The notes below the pieces were generated by a model. That model ran no database searches. It was not told the DNA's origin and worked only from the letters and a program-made list of their open reading frames with translations. Positions 1 to 12,285 of a stretch of DNA of 64,000 nt are shown here, piece after piece (positions within the stretch are counted from its first letter, which is position 1; the number at the start of each line of letters is the position of its first letter). A program made the position numbers and the translations under genes. The DNA lies in assembly GCA_964016885.1 (NCBI GenBank), contig OZ024740.1:352284001-352348000 (forward strand), given 5' to 3'. Source of the DNA: Eledone cirrhosa. Taxonomy: Eukaryota.

Positions 1-560
1 ACCAAAGACCCTTTAGAGGAAAGCCATTCAGTCGCTTGTATTCGTGATCTTATTCTTTCAGTCATTCCCCAAGATTCATGACCATAGGAAAAGGTTGGCT
101 CGTATACGGAATTGAAGAGAGCGAGTTTGGCTTTTACGCCCACCTCCCTTCTGATTACCAAATGCTGAAACTGACACATTACTCCACCAGCTGCTGGCAA
201 ATTTCTTCCACTTAATTCAGCCTCCTGCCTTCCATCACTCGTGAAAACGACCCTGAGATACTTGGAATTCTCCACCATCTTCAGTGGAACTCCACTCACA
301 TGTAGAGTACACTGCATAGACTTCCTTGTGAGTATGAGTGTCTCAGTCTTCGCAGCACTGATTTTCATTCCTGCCGTAAACCTATCAAGTGCACGTTGGA
401 AATCACCTGATGAGTTAAGTAACACTGTCGTCTGCAAATTCCACTTACAAACCGGCTACGCATATCAATCCTGTCCAATATTTGGAACAGGGGAGCTCAC
501 ACCCTCGCGGAGTCCGACACCCACATTGAATGGTTTCAACTTAGTATTTGTGTTCGGATA
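1..560 (-). mobile_element. Decayed RTE-clade (Rex3/Expander-like) LINE RT/C-terminal fragment
   Basis: Minus strand reads like YGHESWGMTERIRSRIQATE and VENSKYLRVVFTSDGRQEAEL, typical RTE C-terminal motifs. Clearly homologous to 23340-23830. Confidence 0.75.
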
Positions 561-2189
561 AATGGTGCTAAGGCATTCATATAGAAAATTAGGGCAACAA
601 GTAGCTATCCATCGATCCCTGTCTGCTGATAGGTGAAGAATTCACGAGAAATGACAATGTAGCCATTTTAAAAATATGGCATCAGTGACGCAATAGACAG
701 TACTAAAGTAACATTTTTCTTCGAAAATGATAAAGCATCTAATAATTTTAAAAAAATCGTCCAGAATAATACTTTTTCTTTAATGTCAGCCAGGTTGAAT
801 TTTTGTTTTAAATACTAGTTTTTCTTTAAAATAAAGATGCGTTTTATATCCCGAAAAAATACGGTAAGTAATGAGAGCGTTTTGGGAAGCGGGCGAGAGA
901 TTTAGGTGTCACATTAGTGTGCGGTCGCCTGCAGTATCCGGAGTTAACGTTATGTAATAACCGGACCTGTTTACCGGTTTAGTTTCTGTAGTTGCGTTTA
1001 ATTGCATGCTGAACTGTAAAAGTACAGGTAAAACTCAGGTAATGCGTATATGACCAGATATAACACACAAAGTGGTACCGAGATTTACACTTGGGAATAT
1101 TTAACAAATTAAAAGCCAATTCATATTTAAGAAAATTATTAGGACTGAAAAAAATAATGGTTTCTGATTTGCGCACAACGCCGGCATTTTTGGAGGAAAG
1201 GGAAAGACGATTAAATTGATCCAGTACATTACTGGTACTTATTTCATCGACACTGTACGATGAAAGGCAAAGCTCACCTCGGACTGAAAAAAATGTTATA
1301 ACTATTGTTGAGAGTTTATGTCGAAAAACGTAGAGTAAATATAGCAACTGTACATACAACCATCTATCATTTCACTACGTACACACCGACCGTAATTTTT
1401 GGTGCACATATTTATGTAATGTATTCTCGGATCTCGAATAATCGGCCATCACTCTCGCTAATTAATTTTTCAAATTTTTTTCCAATTTTCTTTATACATT
1501 AAAAAGATTACACATGACAAAGTACATTATTAGAAATCTCATACGTTATAAAATAAATAGGATGGGTTCTCATTATGTAAACTAAACGACTAATTCTGGT
1601 AAAAAAAAATATCAACGGAGACAACCTAGAAAAATTAGCGATTTTCCAACCAGCAGGGCGCTGGAATGTAACCGGGTTGTTAAGCGGGGCGTTCGTTTAA
1701 CGACCAATTCGTTTTACGAATAATTCGGAGCCTGGTCGTCGTTTTCCTCCGCCAAATCGAGCAGAAGGCATCACTTATGATTAAAAAATAAAATTTAAAA
1801 AAAAAAAAAAAAAAAAGGAGCTTCATGGCTAATGCAACGGGTATCACTGACTCTTCACCGCAACAATGTTTTCGCCATCTTTTCCGCGGTTCGCAGCCAA
1901 GTGTGTAGAGATTACCCACTCCCTGTTAGCCCCATCTTTTCTTCTCATATTTAATTATTAAATAGCTACTGAAGCGACTGAGAGTATTTACATAATCAGG
2001 GATAACTGTGCAATCCAAAAATGTAATATTTCTTAATTACCTGTAGGTGTTTTTCACATGTGTTTTGTAACGGGGACTAACTCTGAGGAAATACAACTTA
2101 GGGATTGACAAATAATTCCAAAGTTAAAAAAAAAAAAACCTTGGTGAAGCTCAATGACTTCGTAGTCTTTTAAAAGTTGCTCGACGTTA

Positions 2190-2545
2190 GCCAACTTAGA
2201 AAGATGGACTGGAGGGCTTCGTCAGTAATTAGGAATTCAAGCGAGCACCACACTGATGGGAGAGGAACCGCGATGGAGGGGTAGGATTCTGAACAGGTCA
2301 ACAGTCTGCTGATGTGAAGCTGGGTGGTTGAGGAGGCGGAGCTCGCATTTTGAACTGTTGACATGAAGGCCCCTACGACCCAGCTCCTCAATCATCGTCT
2401 TCGCAGTTGCAATGACCTTGTCTGGAGGAATCTCCCAAGCAAGCATCAGCCAGATACCAGATATTCAGATCCGGATCAACTCATTTTGGTGACGTCATCA
2501 ATGCCCAGTGCGAAAAGAGCGGGTCACCCTGTTGGACCCATGTAT
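2190..2545 (-). mobile_element. CRE-clade non-LTR retrotransposon RT fragment (pseudogene)
   Basis: Minus strand, with frameshifts: GVQQGDP...LFALGIDDV...DLNIWYLAD...GLHVNSSKCEL. Resembles the CRE RT motifs QQGDPLGP and LNxWYLDD. Confidence 0.65.
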
Positions 2546-2632
2546 CTTTAGCAAATCTGTTCATATTACTATTGTTAAATTACTATTAACAACAATGACT
2601 TCTATTTTTATTTTCTTCTAATTTAGGCACAA

Positions 2633-2770
2633 GACAGCCCGCTTAAGGAAAGAGCCCCGTGAGGCTGAATGGCTGTTGCAGTGGGTGTTGCTGACGGTTC
2701 TCTGTGGCAATGCTTTCGCCATTTTGTTCGCACAACGCAGCTGAGAGATGCCGTTCAGACTGGGGTGTAG
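2633..2770 (+). mobile_element. 3' end of a CRE-like element (REL endonuclease tail), inserted into a SINE
   Basis: Reads EPREAEWLLQWVLLTVLCGNAFAIL* (cf. QRLSLAVxRGNA), followed by CAGACTGGGGTGTAG. It splits a minus-strand SINE (ttaggcacaag | aattttgggg..gtcgattaaatcgacccc). Confidence 0.6.
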
Positions 2771-2895
2771 ATCAATTTTGGGGGTGGGAGGAAAGTCGAT
2801 TAAATCGACCCCAGTACGTTACTTATGCTTTATTTTATCGATCCCACGAGGATGAAAGGCAAAGCTAACATTTAGATTAGGGGATCTAGTTCATG

Positions 2896-3028
2896 CAGTA
2901 GCGTAGCTGGGGAAGGAGGGATACTCTCCCCGGGCGACACTTTTGAGTATTGTCGAATCCTGTATAAGCTGGGGGGAGGGGGCAAACTCAAGTGTTGTAC
3001 CGGGCGACACGCACTAGCTGCACTTCTA
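2896..3028. mobile_element. Small hAT-type MITE
   Basis: Starts CAGTAGCGTAGCT, ends ..CTAGCTGCACTTCTA. Exact 8-bp TSD AGTTCATG at 2888-2895 and 3029-3036. Confidence 0.7.
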
Positions 3029-3449
3029 AGTTCATGCGATTCAATAGGCTTTTTAGGAGGTCCTAACGGGTGTTGATTTCGTTAACGGCTTTAAGCAAAA
3101 GTTGATCCATCACTAATACAGATATGTACTTAACCGTAAGTAGATGGACTGAAAATTGACTTGGTGGCATTGAAAATACCCCTGGTGTTTTTTATATTAG
3201 CGAGACAGTCTTTATCTTGAGGTCGGGTTCTTTTAGGCTTTCTTCTATCTGTCAATGAGTTTTTGTAGCTCTTGGTCATTTTCATTGAACAAATCTGGAC
3301 TTTGTTTTTTTTTTGCTTGCTTGCCAAGCGTTGGTCTGTACCAGTTTCAATGTTGACTTTCTTAAATTCCTCCCAATGAGTAATGTCAGAGTTTGGGCTA
3401 GTGCTGGATAGTTATTTTGCTGGGTGTTGAAATATAAATTTCTTTACTG

Positions 3450-3680
3450 AATACGGATTTCTAATTTAAACACGAAAGCCAAGAGTTTGTAGAGGGAGGG
3501 GGTGATAAAGTTGATTACACCGACTTCAGTACATGGCTGGTACTTTATTTTTTCGACCTCGGGAGGATGGAAGGCAAAGTTAACTTCAGAGAGGTTTAAA
3601 AACAAAATGTAAAGAGCTGGATCAAACAGTGCAAAGTATTTTGTCGGGCGCTCTACGGATTCTGCCATTCCACCACCCTA
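3450..3680 (-). mobile_element. tRNA-derived SINE family A copy
   Basis: Reverse complement of the family consensus (gttaactttgccttccatcc..gtcgaaaaaaataaagtaccag). Confidence 0.75.
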
Positions 3681-3699
3681 TGAATTATATCTGAGAGAA

Positions 3700-4250
3700 T
3701 GCGCTGAACCGCTGGTTCTGGCAGACACAAGCAAATACGAGACATTCGTCATATTCTGCAGGTTGAAGCGTTTACATTCACCGCATAGGTAACCCAATCG
3801 TCGATCGAATTATTGGTCAATTTGAAACAATGGTAATGGATATGAAAAGTAACATCTGCCTGCCTAAGATGAGAGGCGGCGTACTGGTTGTTTCAGTGAA
3901 ACTGCAATCGCTGGATTCCTGCGTAGGATGAAATTTTCACATTAACATTCGAACCTTTTGGGCATCATTGATTTCAGTCTTTTCAATATTGAAGATTTCC
4001 ACGTACTTATTTTAGCCAACAATCGATTGTAACGTCATTCACTTGATCGAATTGGAATTCACTGATTGAATTCAGAATGGCTTCTGTCGCTATAGTGCTG
4101 GAACTTACAGCCAGTTGTTGAAATTACATCTATGTCAATGTTTCGATGAGCATCCGTTGTGCTTGTTCAAAACTTTTCTGGTGTTGTTGGAGTAAGACTT
4201 GTATTTGTTCAAAACTGACCGTCATTTTGAGTTCTTTTGTTGCCATTGAT
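3700..4250 (-). pseudogene. Decayed Gypsy (Mag/K02A2.6-like) gag
   Basis: Minus strand: MATKELKM...EAILNSISEFQFDQVNDVTIDCW...EINDAQKVRMLM and ECKRFNLQNMT..CLVFAC. Resembles invertebrate Gypsy gag; several stops and frameshifts. Confidence 0.65.
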
Positions 4251-4489
4251 ATGGTTTTTTTTTTGGTTTTTTTTTGTTTTTTTTTATTACTTCCAAGCTG
4301 CCCTACAACAGTACAGAAGCTGTATTTTATTTAATACAAAAATAGAACAGAATATTTATTACAGCTTCGAAACAGAATGTTGCCTTCTGATTGGTCGAGA
4401 ATTATATACCATGTTCCACACGTGAGAGGCGAAACCATTTGATATTTAGCGTTATAAATGGGCCTTCCTAACACAACTCTTTCTATTTT

Positions 4490-4930
4490 CAAAGCACTTC
4501 TGGAATGTCTTTCAGCTCCGGTGGCGCAATTCGAGTGATGTTCTCTTGAGGCTCATAGCAGGAACCTTTCGGTGACGCCTTCATTTTTGGGAATCCCAAG
4601 AAGTCAGAAGGAGCTATGCCTGCAAAGTAGGGTATTTGCCAAGAATCCTTGGATCAGCTACAACGAATGAGCCAAACAATTGTCATGATGCAGCTATGAG
4701 TTTTGTGAAACCAACAGATCCCGTCTCTTGTTTCGAACTACATCATGAAAACTTCAGAGAACTCCTGACATGTGTAACTGCTTGTCCTTCTGGTACATAT
4801 TCATGATCCACAACACCTCAATAATCAAAGAAAATAGCCAGCAACCTCTTGATTTCGCTCCGCACAACATGCTTTCAGGAGCCTTGCCGATTTTGGCAGC
4901 TTCCTCTGTAATATTTCATCTCCAGTTATC
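4490..4930 (-). mobile_element. Mariner transposase remnant
   Basis: Minus strand around 4560-4635 reads IAPSDFLGFPKMKASPKG, a degenerate YSPDLAPSDF-like motif. Confidence 0.5.
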
Positions 4931-5129
4931 ACAGTATACAAGATCCTTGTTGGCAGTGTCGGTCGATATGAAAATGCAACTGGTAGTACGGCAGCTCACG
5001 CGCTGGCTGCCTAACAACAACTGATGCATCCAGTGGCCTTGCCAAAAAACCACGCATGCGCGTGAATGTATGCAGCTACATTCTGCACGCTCTTGTCGCT
5101 CTGTCATTACTTCCCACAGAAAAAGTCAG

Positions 5130-6322
5130 TGTTGACTGAAAAGTTCATAAGCTGACTAAGATACTCTCATTTTAACATAGTCCCTCTTCTGGGACACATT
5201 TATTCCTTCGGAGTTGCAATGTTTGGATCCAGTAAAGAAGTTTTCATCCTGTTGGTCAAAAGCGTCATCATCACTGCGAGACTAATTCCCATGTTTTTTC
5301 ATGTTGAGGAATAGATGGTCAGATGGGGCCCAATCAGAAGGATGAGGATGAACGAGTTCAAAGCCACAGTCACGCACAGCAGCCATTGAAACCAAGGACT
5401 TGTGTGCTGGAGTATTTATTGTCCTGATGAATCGAGATCCCTTTCTTAGTTTTCCTATGCGTTTGGTCTTGATAGCCTTTCGTATCTGCCCCAGCAAGTT
5501 GTTATGATAATCACCATGGTTGATGGGACACTTTTGAAGATAGACAATAAACACCATGCCATTTGTATACAGAAAAACTGAAGCTATCCCTTTCCCTGGA
5601 GATGAAACAACCTTGGCCTCTTTGGAGCAGGTGAGGAGGGGTGTTTCTACTGCATGGATTGATTCTTTGTCTCTGGCTCAAAGTGATTAACCCAACACTT
5701 AACCTGGGTTAGAAAACGTTCAACAAAACCAGCTAGATCTGCCTCAATGTCAAATTTTCACAGATGTGATCAGCCTAGTGCACTTTTGATCAGGTGTCAG
5801 AAGATGTGGCACCCATCAAGTAAAAATCTTCACCATGAAAAGTTCGTTGTGCAGAATATGTCTCACAGGATATGCTAATAGCATTGGCTATTTGATCTAT
5901 AGTCAATCACCATGTAGTGAACACAATCAATGTTTTTGTCAGTGGTGGCTGTTGCAAGGCATCCAGATCTTGGGTCATCTTCAAGACTCTCCCTTCCTAT
6001 GTTAAATTCAGCTGCTCACTTTTGTACTGTTGATAAAACTGGAGTATCATCCCCTAACGTAGCAACCATGTCAGTACGAACCTCCTTTGGAGTTAAACCC
6101 TTTTTCAGCAGATACTTGATAACACTACAATGCCAAATTTTGGCCATTTTCAAGAGAAGTTGCTACTAGTTACTTTTGAAGCCTTCTTTGAACAGTCAGA
6201 TGTCATTTTACCTAAAAAGAAACAATGCAGTTATTAATAAGAGCTGAAATTAATGCAAGATTTCACAGCTCTAGCATCACTCCTTCATAGTCAGCCTATG
6301 AACTTTTCAGCCCATGCTCATA
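5130..6322 (-). mobile_element. Near full-length decayed mariner element
   Basis: Inverted ends CTGAAAAGTTCATAAGCTGAC / GTCAGCCTATGAACTTTTCAG. ORF 5282-5557 has the mariner C-terminus (PAHKSLVSMAAVRDCGFELVHPHPSDWAPSDHLF). Confidence 0.85.
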
Positions 6323-6869
6323 TTTTGCAACAGACTTCGTACATGCTAATCCTGACTGTGGATCATCTGGAGGACAAACAGCAACACAGCTGAGTATGTC
6401 AATACATGTGACATGAAAGATGTTTGATATTAACAGCAGCTCGTTGAACACAGGTATATTTTTCTTCAGTAAAATCTAGAAGCAAGCTGAATACAAATAT
6501 ACTATTTTAATGCAAAAATCTTATTGTTGATTATAACATCTCTAGATATAGAATGGGTAGAACAAATGAAAAAACATACTTTACAAGAAAAAAAACAACA
6601 AAAAAATTGATATTTTAAGTTTATTTTTATGAGATGGTAATTTCTGATTTTATATTTTTTCTCATGCTTTGTCACGTTCATGCAAATATTGTGTTAATTA
6701 TTGGAATGTTCTAGCAAGTACATTGTCATCTAGTGGATGTTCTGTTGTTACTTAGTAAAATATCTTGTGGTAAAATTGTTAGCTCACATCTGGAGGGATA
6801 GCACTATCATAATTACCTCAGAAATATGTATTAAAGGTGGCACTTGTGCAAATATTTATATGGTCATAG

Positions 6870-9790
6870 TGCCAGAAGTTGCACAGTGGCATTGAGAGTA
6901 AGATAGTTGTTAGAACCAGTGAATTGCTGACACACTGACTTGGTCCTGCTGTCATATCTGAGCAGACCTATTCGGGTGTACCACTGCCCACAGCAAGTGA
7001 TCAAGATAGCCCTAGAAAAGGTGGGTTAAAAATTGGAGCCATCTCTTTTAAGCTGGCTGGTCTACTGCAACTAGTGGCTACCCACAGACAGTGGGAGAAA
7101 CAAAAATAAAAATGCAAATCTATCAAAGATTACTGCTGCTGCCTGGAATGTGTGAACACTCCAGGATCAACCCCACAATACTGACCATGACAGGCCTCAC
7201 AGAAGAATGGCTATCATTACAAAGGAGATTTTAAGGTTTAAAGTAGACATTGAGGCACTCGGTTCGGCAAGACTAGACTGGCTGGGGAAGGAGGAATAGT
7301 AGAGGAACAGCTTGGATACACTTTCTTTTGGAAGGATAAGGGGAAGGTTGATCCCTGCATCCATGGAGTTGGCTTTGCCATCCAGAAAGAGATAGTTACC
7401 AGGCACAGTCTCTGCCTGACTGCCACAAATGAAACTCATGAAGCACAGTCCCACTGGAAAATGGCCTATTCTTGACACTAATCACAGTCTAAGCCGAACA
7501 CTCACCTCAGAAAGAAATGTAAAGGAAGAATTCCATCACCAACTGTCCTCTCTTATCTCTGGGGTTCTAGTGAGAAACAGGCTCCCTCATCCTAGGAGAC
7601 TTCAATGCACAAGTTGGACAAGATTACCAACTGTGGCCTGGTGTTCTCGGTAGGGTGTGGGCAACTGCAATGCAAATGGTGAACTACCCAGGACTTGTAC
7701 AGAACATCATCTCACAATAACACAGGCTTTCATCTCAAACAATGCTTCAAGACAACCTGGATGCATCCAAGATCAAAGCACTGGCATATGCTCGATTATA
7801 TCATAAGAGAGCAACACAGAAATACAGTTTTAATCATGCATGCCATGGTTGATGCAGATGATTGTTGAACTGATCACTGCATGCTGGTGACACAGATGCA
7901 CCTGAATAAAATCAAGGCCATTTCACCTAATAAGCAAACCATCAAAGAAGTTTAATACAGAAATTGCAGCTGAATGTCGCTGCATACGATGAAGCCATCT
8001 TAAAGAACATGAGACACCCCAGTTGAAAATGAATGGAACATCAAAACCATTATTGGAAAGGCTGCTACTGAAACTCTGGTGTTTAGAACTAGGAAATATC
8101 AAGACTGGTTCTGTGAAAATAATGTTATAATTGAATTCCAGGAAGCTGCTAGGCAGATAGTACCAAACAAATCCCCAAGACCTGACAACATTCCCCTGCA
8201 ATCGTTGAAGTACATGAAGAAACATTTTCAAAGATTATACAAGCTTATTTTGCATATTTGGGAACAGAAACAACTGCCCATTGGTTGGAAGGATGCTAAC
8301 ATAATCACCATCTTCAGAAAAGGAGATAACAGATTGTGCAGCAAATACATAGGAATCTCTCTCCTCACCAGAGCAGGAAAGGTTTTAACAAAAATAATCT
8401 TAAGATGCTTGCACACAGCGCCAGTCCCAGTGTGGATTCTGCTCCAACAGGACTATAGACATGATCTGTGTAAGACAGATTCAGGAAAAGAGCAAAGAAC
8501 AACAAAAACCCTTTATATCATTTTCTATGATCTTGAAAAGGCATTTGGCAGTGTGCCTAGAGACACCATATGGTAGATACTGGAAAATATTGGATGTCCA
8601 CCAACAATGGTCTCCATTATCAGATCATTCCACAATATGGTGGGCAGGGTGGTGCACAGCAGCCAAACCACCGAATCCTTCCCAATCACCTATGGCTTAA
8701 AACAGGGTTGTCTTGATACCTACCCTTTTTTCCATCTATTTAGTAGACATGATGTTTGAAGTCCCACCTGACAGCTCGGGAGTAGATCTGCACTACTAAC
8801 TTGATGGTAGCCTCTTCAATACTGCTTGCTTTCGAGCTAGGAGAAACACCACAGCCTTCAGAATGATTGACAATATGGCTGCCTTGCTCAGCAGTATGGA
8901 AGATATTGAAAGATCTGTGAGGAATTATACTAATGCATACCAGCAATTTGGCCTCACAGTAAACATGGAGAACACTAAACTCCTGACTCAACACTCCTCA
9001 GGATTAAATGGACCTGAACTCGACATCAAAATCCATGGGATAGAGGTAGCGTGTCTCAATTTCCCTACCTCGGAGCAATCTTAGCTGAGGATACATCAAG
9101 CAAAGACAACAAATGTAGGATCCAGGCTGCACATGTTGCATTTGGGAGACGCAACAAGAAAATCTTCCAGAACAGATTTGAAAAGGGAAACAAAGCTCAT
9201 GGTACTTCATACACTTGTGAATGGATGTGAGACCTGGACGTTGTACATGAAAGATATCAAGAAACTGGAGGCCATCATGAACATCAAGTGGCAAGATAAA
9301 GTCAGCAACACTATGACACGTGACAGAGCTGTCAATCGAAAGCACCATAATGGTATAATGCTTGCGATGCGCAGGACATGTCACACATATGAATGAATGC
9401 AAGCCTCCCAAGAAAGTTTTCTACAGTGAACTGACTGAAGGAAAACACTATCTTGGTGCACCAAAGAGGTGCTACAAAGACCAATTTAAGCAAACACTTA
9501 AAAGCTGTGACTTGGACCACAACAACTGGGAAACTGATGCGCAGGACAGTGCTTTGGAGAGAGGTGAAAACAGGCACAGCATACTTTGAGTTGGCAAGGA
9601 AAGATGCCCTTGAAGCGAAGAAACAGGACAGACTGAACAAGGCCCTGCAGCCCCACTCTCTGCCACATATTCAATGCTCAAACTTCAGCTGGCTTGTTCG
9701 TGCACAAATTGAACTGATAAGTCACCTACAGTTGCATAACTGAGGGGAAATGATCATCTATACTCTGACAAGTGAAGAGTCAATAATATA
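6870..9790 (+). mobile_element. Near full-length decayed RTE-BovB-like LINE (APE endonuclease + RT + C-terminal CCHH)
   Basis: AWNV-like start and PHRRMAIITKEILRFKVDI (APE); WKDANIITIFRKGD..C..YIGISLL and YDLEKAFGSVPR (RT); PKKVFYSELTEG; CSNFSWLVRAQIELISHLQLH. Many frameshifts. Confidence 0.9.
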
Positions 9791-10343
9791 TTATCATCAT
9801 ATTTCTTCACTGTACAAATATATTTATAACTTAGTGAAGTATTTCAAATGAATGTTTTACAACACTGAAACTACAATCTCAACTCAGTCCCACAAGTAAG
9901 ATGAATAAACAAGCCAAAAAAACAGGTTCAGCAAGCTCCTCCCTGAAGGACAATAATTCAACTGGTTGGCAATGCTTCTACACAGAAAAGTATATTCAAT
10001 TCACACAGACACACACAAACTTATCAAAATCGTCAACTAAAATTGTGACAAAACATTAAAATTATTATGGCTAGGATACATTCAGTTGTTTCAATATTTA
10101 CTATTCATGAGGCTGACTAGTAGAGGATGTTCATACTATAACAAGTACACAATGGTTTCCTCTCTTTGCCTTAAAGCTATATTCATCCTACCATCCAGTT
10201 TCTAATTCTGAGACTTTTAACTACATCAATGAAAAACTGTTAATATTTTCAGATGGGAAGACATAAGTCTAAGTAATATATACAGATATCTGCAAAATTT
10301 CATTGAAAAATATGAATTAGAAAATGATGATGGGTAGGAGAGC

Positions 10344-10346
<3 letters not shown>

Positions 10347-10389
<43 letters not shown>

Positions 10390-10420
10390 ATATATATATG
10401 TATGTGTGTGTATGTATATA
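10347..10420. repeat. (CT)n/(TA)n/(TG)n compound microsatellite
   Basis: Seen directly. Confidence 0.95.
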
Positions 10421-10449
10421 TCCACTTCCATACACCTCCCAACACCTCA

Positions 10450-10690
10450 CCCTTCACCCACATCCTTACATCCAGTCCACACTGTAAAGTTGTCGTGTAG
10501 ACATCACGACAAAAAGCACCCAGTACTCACTGTAAATGAGGTTGGCACCAGGAAGGGCATTCAGCTGTAGAAACCAAGCCAAAATTGGTTCTGTATGAGC
10601 AAGACATAGTCACCTGACCTGGCATTGCTCACAACAGAATAACTCGTCTAATCCATGCCAGCGTGGAAAAATAGACATTAAATGATGAAC
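10450..10690 (+). mobile_element. RTE 3'-tail-derived short repeat (related copies near 13400-13660, 18640-18950, 20480-20760, 22090-22380, 63860-64000)
   Basis: Shared core ttggc..aggaagggcat(c/t)cagctgtagaaa...ccatgc..gac.ttaaa(c/t)gatgatg with a (GAT)n tail. The same sequence ends the RTE at 30670-32250. Confidence 0.8.
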
Positions 10691-11044
10691 ACACAATCTA
10701 TACCTGAAAAAAAAAATGGAATGGCCATAGCTGAGATGCCTTTGATTATATTGTGCGCACTTAATCATAGTTGACTTTATAGTGTACTGGGTCGAAAGTT
10801 GGTCGAGAGTCCAAAGATCTAAAAGACAACACCACAAACATCTAAGTGCAAGTTAGTAATAGAGAGTATGAAAATCCAGAGACAGGAGAAGTGGCTTTCT
10901 TAACATGTAGGAAGGACTTAGATTATGTATACAAAGGTATGTATAAGATGTAGATGTATTCAGCAGTTGACAAAAAGATTCTGTGGTATGATGATGACAA
11001 TGGTGTGTTAAAGTTCATATAAACAGATTTATTATTAAATATAG

Positions 11045-11875
11045 CTATGTTTTCTCTCCTGTATGGTTACGCTTGTGTTGCATTAAGCTATCACTTCTAG
11101 AAAAAGTTTCACTACAGATATCACAGTGGTATGGTCGCTCGCCTGTGTGAATACGCTTGTGTCTAGCAAAATGACCACTTTGAGAGAATGTTTTACCACA
11201 TACATCACAATGGTATGGTCTTACTCCTGTGTGAATACGTATGTGACCAGATAAATGACCCTTTGTAGAAAATCTTTCGTCACAGATATCACATTGGAAT
11301 GGTTTCTCTCCTGTGTGAATAAGTTTGTGATAAGTTAAATTACGCTTTCTAGAAAATGCTTCATCACAGACATCACATTTATATGGTCTTTCTCCTGTGT
11401 GAAGACGTTTATGGGCAGACAAATCAGCACTTCCAGAAAATGTTTTACCACAGACATCACAGTGGTATCGTTTCTCTCCTGTGTGGATACGCTTATGGGT
11501 AGATAGATTACCATTCTCAGAAAATGCTTTACCACAGACATCACAATGGTATGGTTTATCCCCTGTATGAACACGTTTATGTCGAGCAAAACAACCCTTT
11601 TGAGTGAAATTTTTACCACAGACCTCACAATGGTATGGCCTTTCTCCTGTGTGAATACGTATGTGTCGTGATAAATGACCAGCTTGAGAGAATGTTTTAT
11701 CACATATATTACAGGGATACTGTTTTTTTCTTGTGTGAATACGTTTATGAGAAGTTAACGAATTGTTTGTAGTGAATAACTTTCCACATATATCACAAGT
11801 ATGTGGTTTCATGTCTATATTTTCCTGTGTCTGATTAGATGAACCAATATATTTAAGTTCTGATTTCTCATCCAT
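11045..11875 (-). CDS. C2H2 zinc-finger protein, 9 tandem fingers, 276 aa, no recognisable effector domain
   Basis: Uninterrupted ORF with 9 CxxC-x12-HxxxH fingers and TGE(K/R)P linkers. Paralogous to 42485-43393. Confidence 0.93.
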   Translation of the reverse strand: MDEKSELKYIGSSNQTQENIDMKPHTCDICGKLFTTNNSLTSHKRIHTRKKQYPCNICDKTFSQAGHLSRHIRIHTGERPYHCEVCGKNFTQKGCFARHKRVHTGDKPYHCDVCGKAFSENGNLSTHKRIHTGEKRYHCDVCGKTFSGSADLSAHKRLHTGERPYKCDVCDEAFSRKRNLTYHKLIHTGEKPFQCDICDERFSTKGHLSGHIRIHTGVRPYHCDVCGKTFSQSGHFARHKRIHTGERPYHCDICSETFSRSDSLMQHKRNHTGEKT

Positions 11876-12112
11876 AACTTTATTTCTCTTAATTTATATT
11901 TCTCTGTATGATGGTCTTTGATACTTAAAGAACTTCAAGTGGATTTATTTGACTAGTATATTACAATTAACCAGCAATTAAAGATTGTTAAAATAGCTCC
12001 AATAAACAAGATATATCAAGATATAAAAATCCTTAAACATACAAAACTTCATGGTAAATCTTCCAAGTTTAATAAGTACAGAAAGACATTTTCCAGTCAA
12101 CAATTGTGTATC

Positions 12113-12147
<35 letters not shown>

Positions 12148-12285
12148 ATTTAAATTCCAAGAAAATATTTCATATACAAGAATTGTAGAAGTCCGACATC
12201 AACATAACGAAGTTATTTTTAGTCTTCAAAAATTGATATGTTAATCTTCAGTGAAATATTTTTGTCAGTGTCATCTGATGGTAAT

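Noticed and set aside
11335-11703. Overlapping alternative-frame ORFs within the ZNF genes (also 42523-42778)
   Set aside because: Shadow frames of repetitive finger codons.
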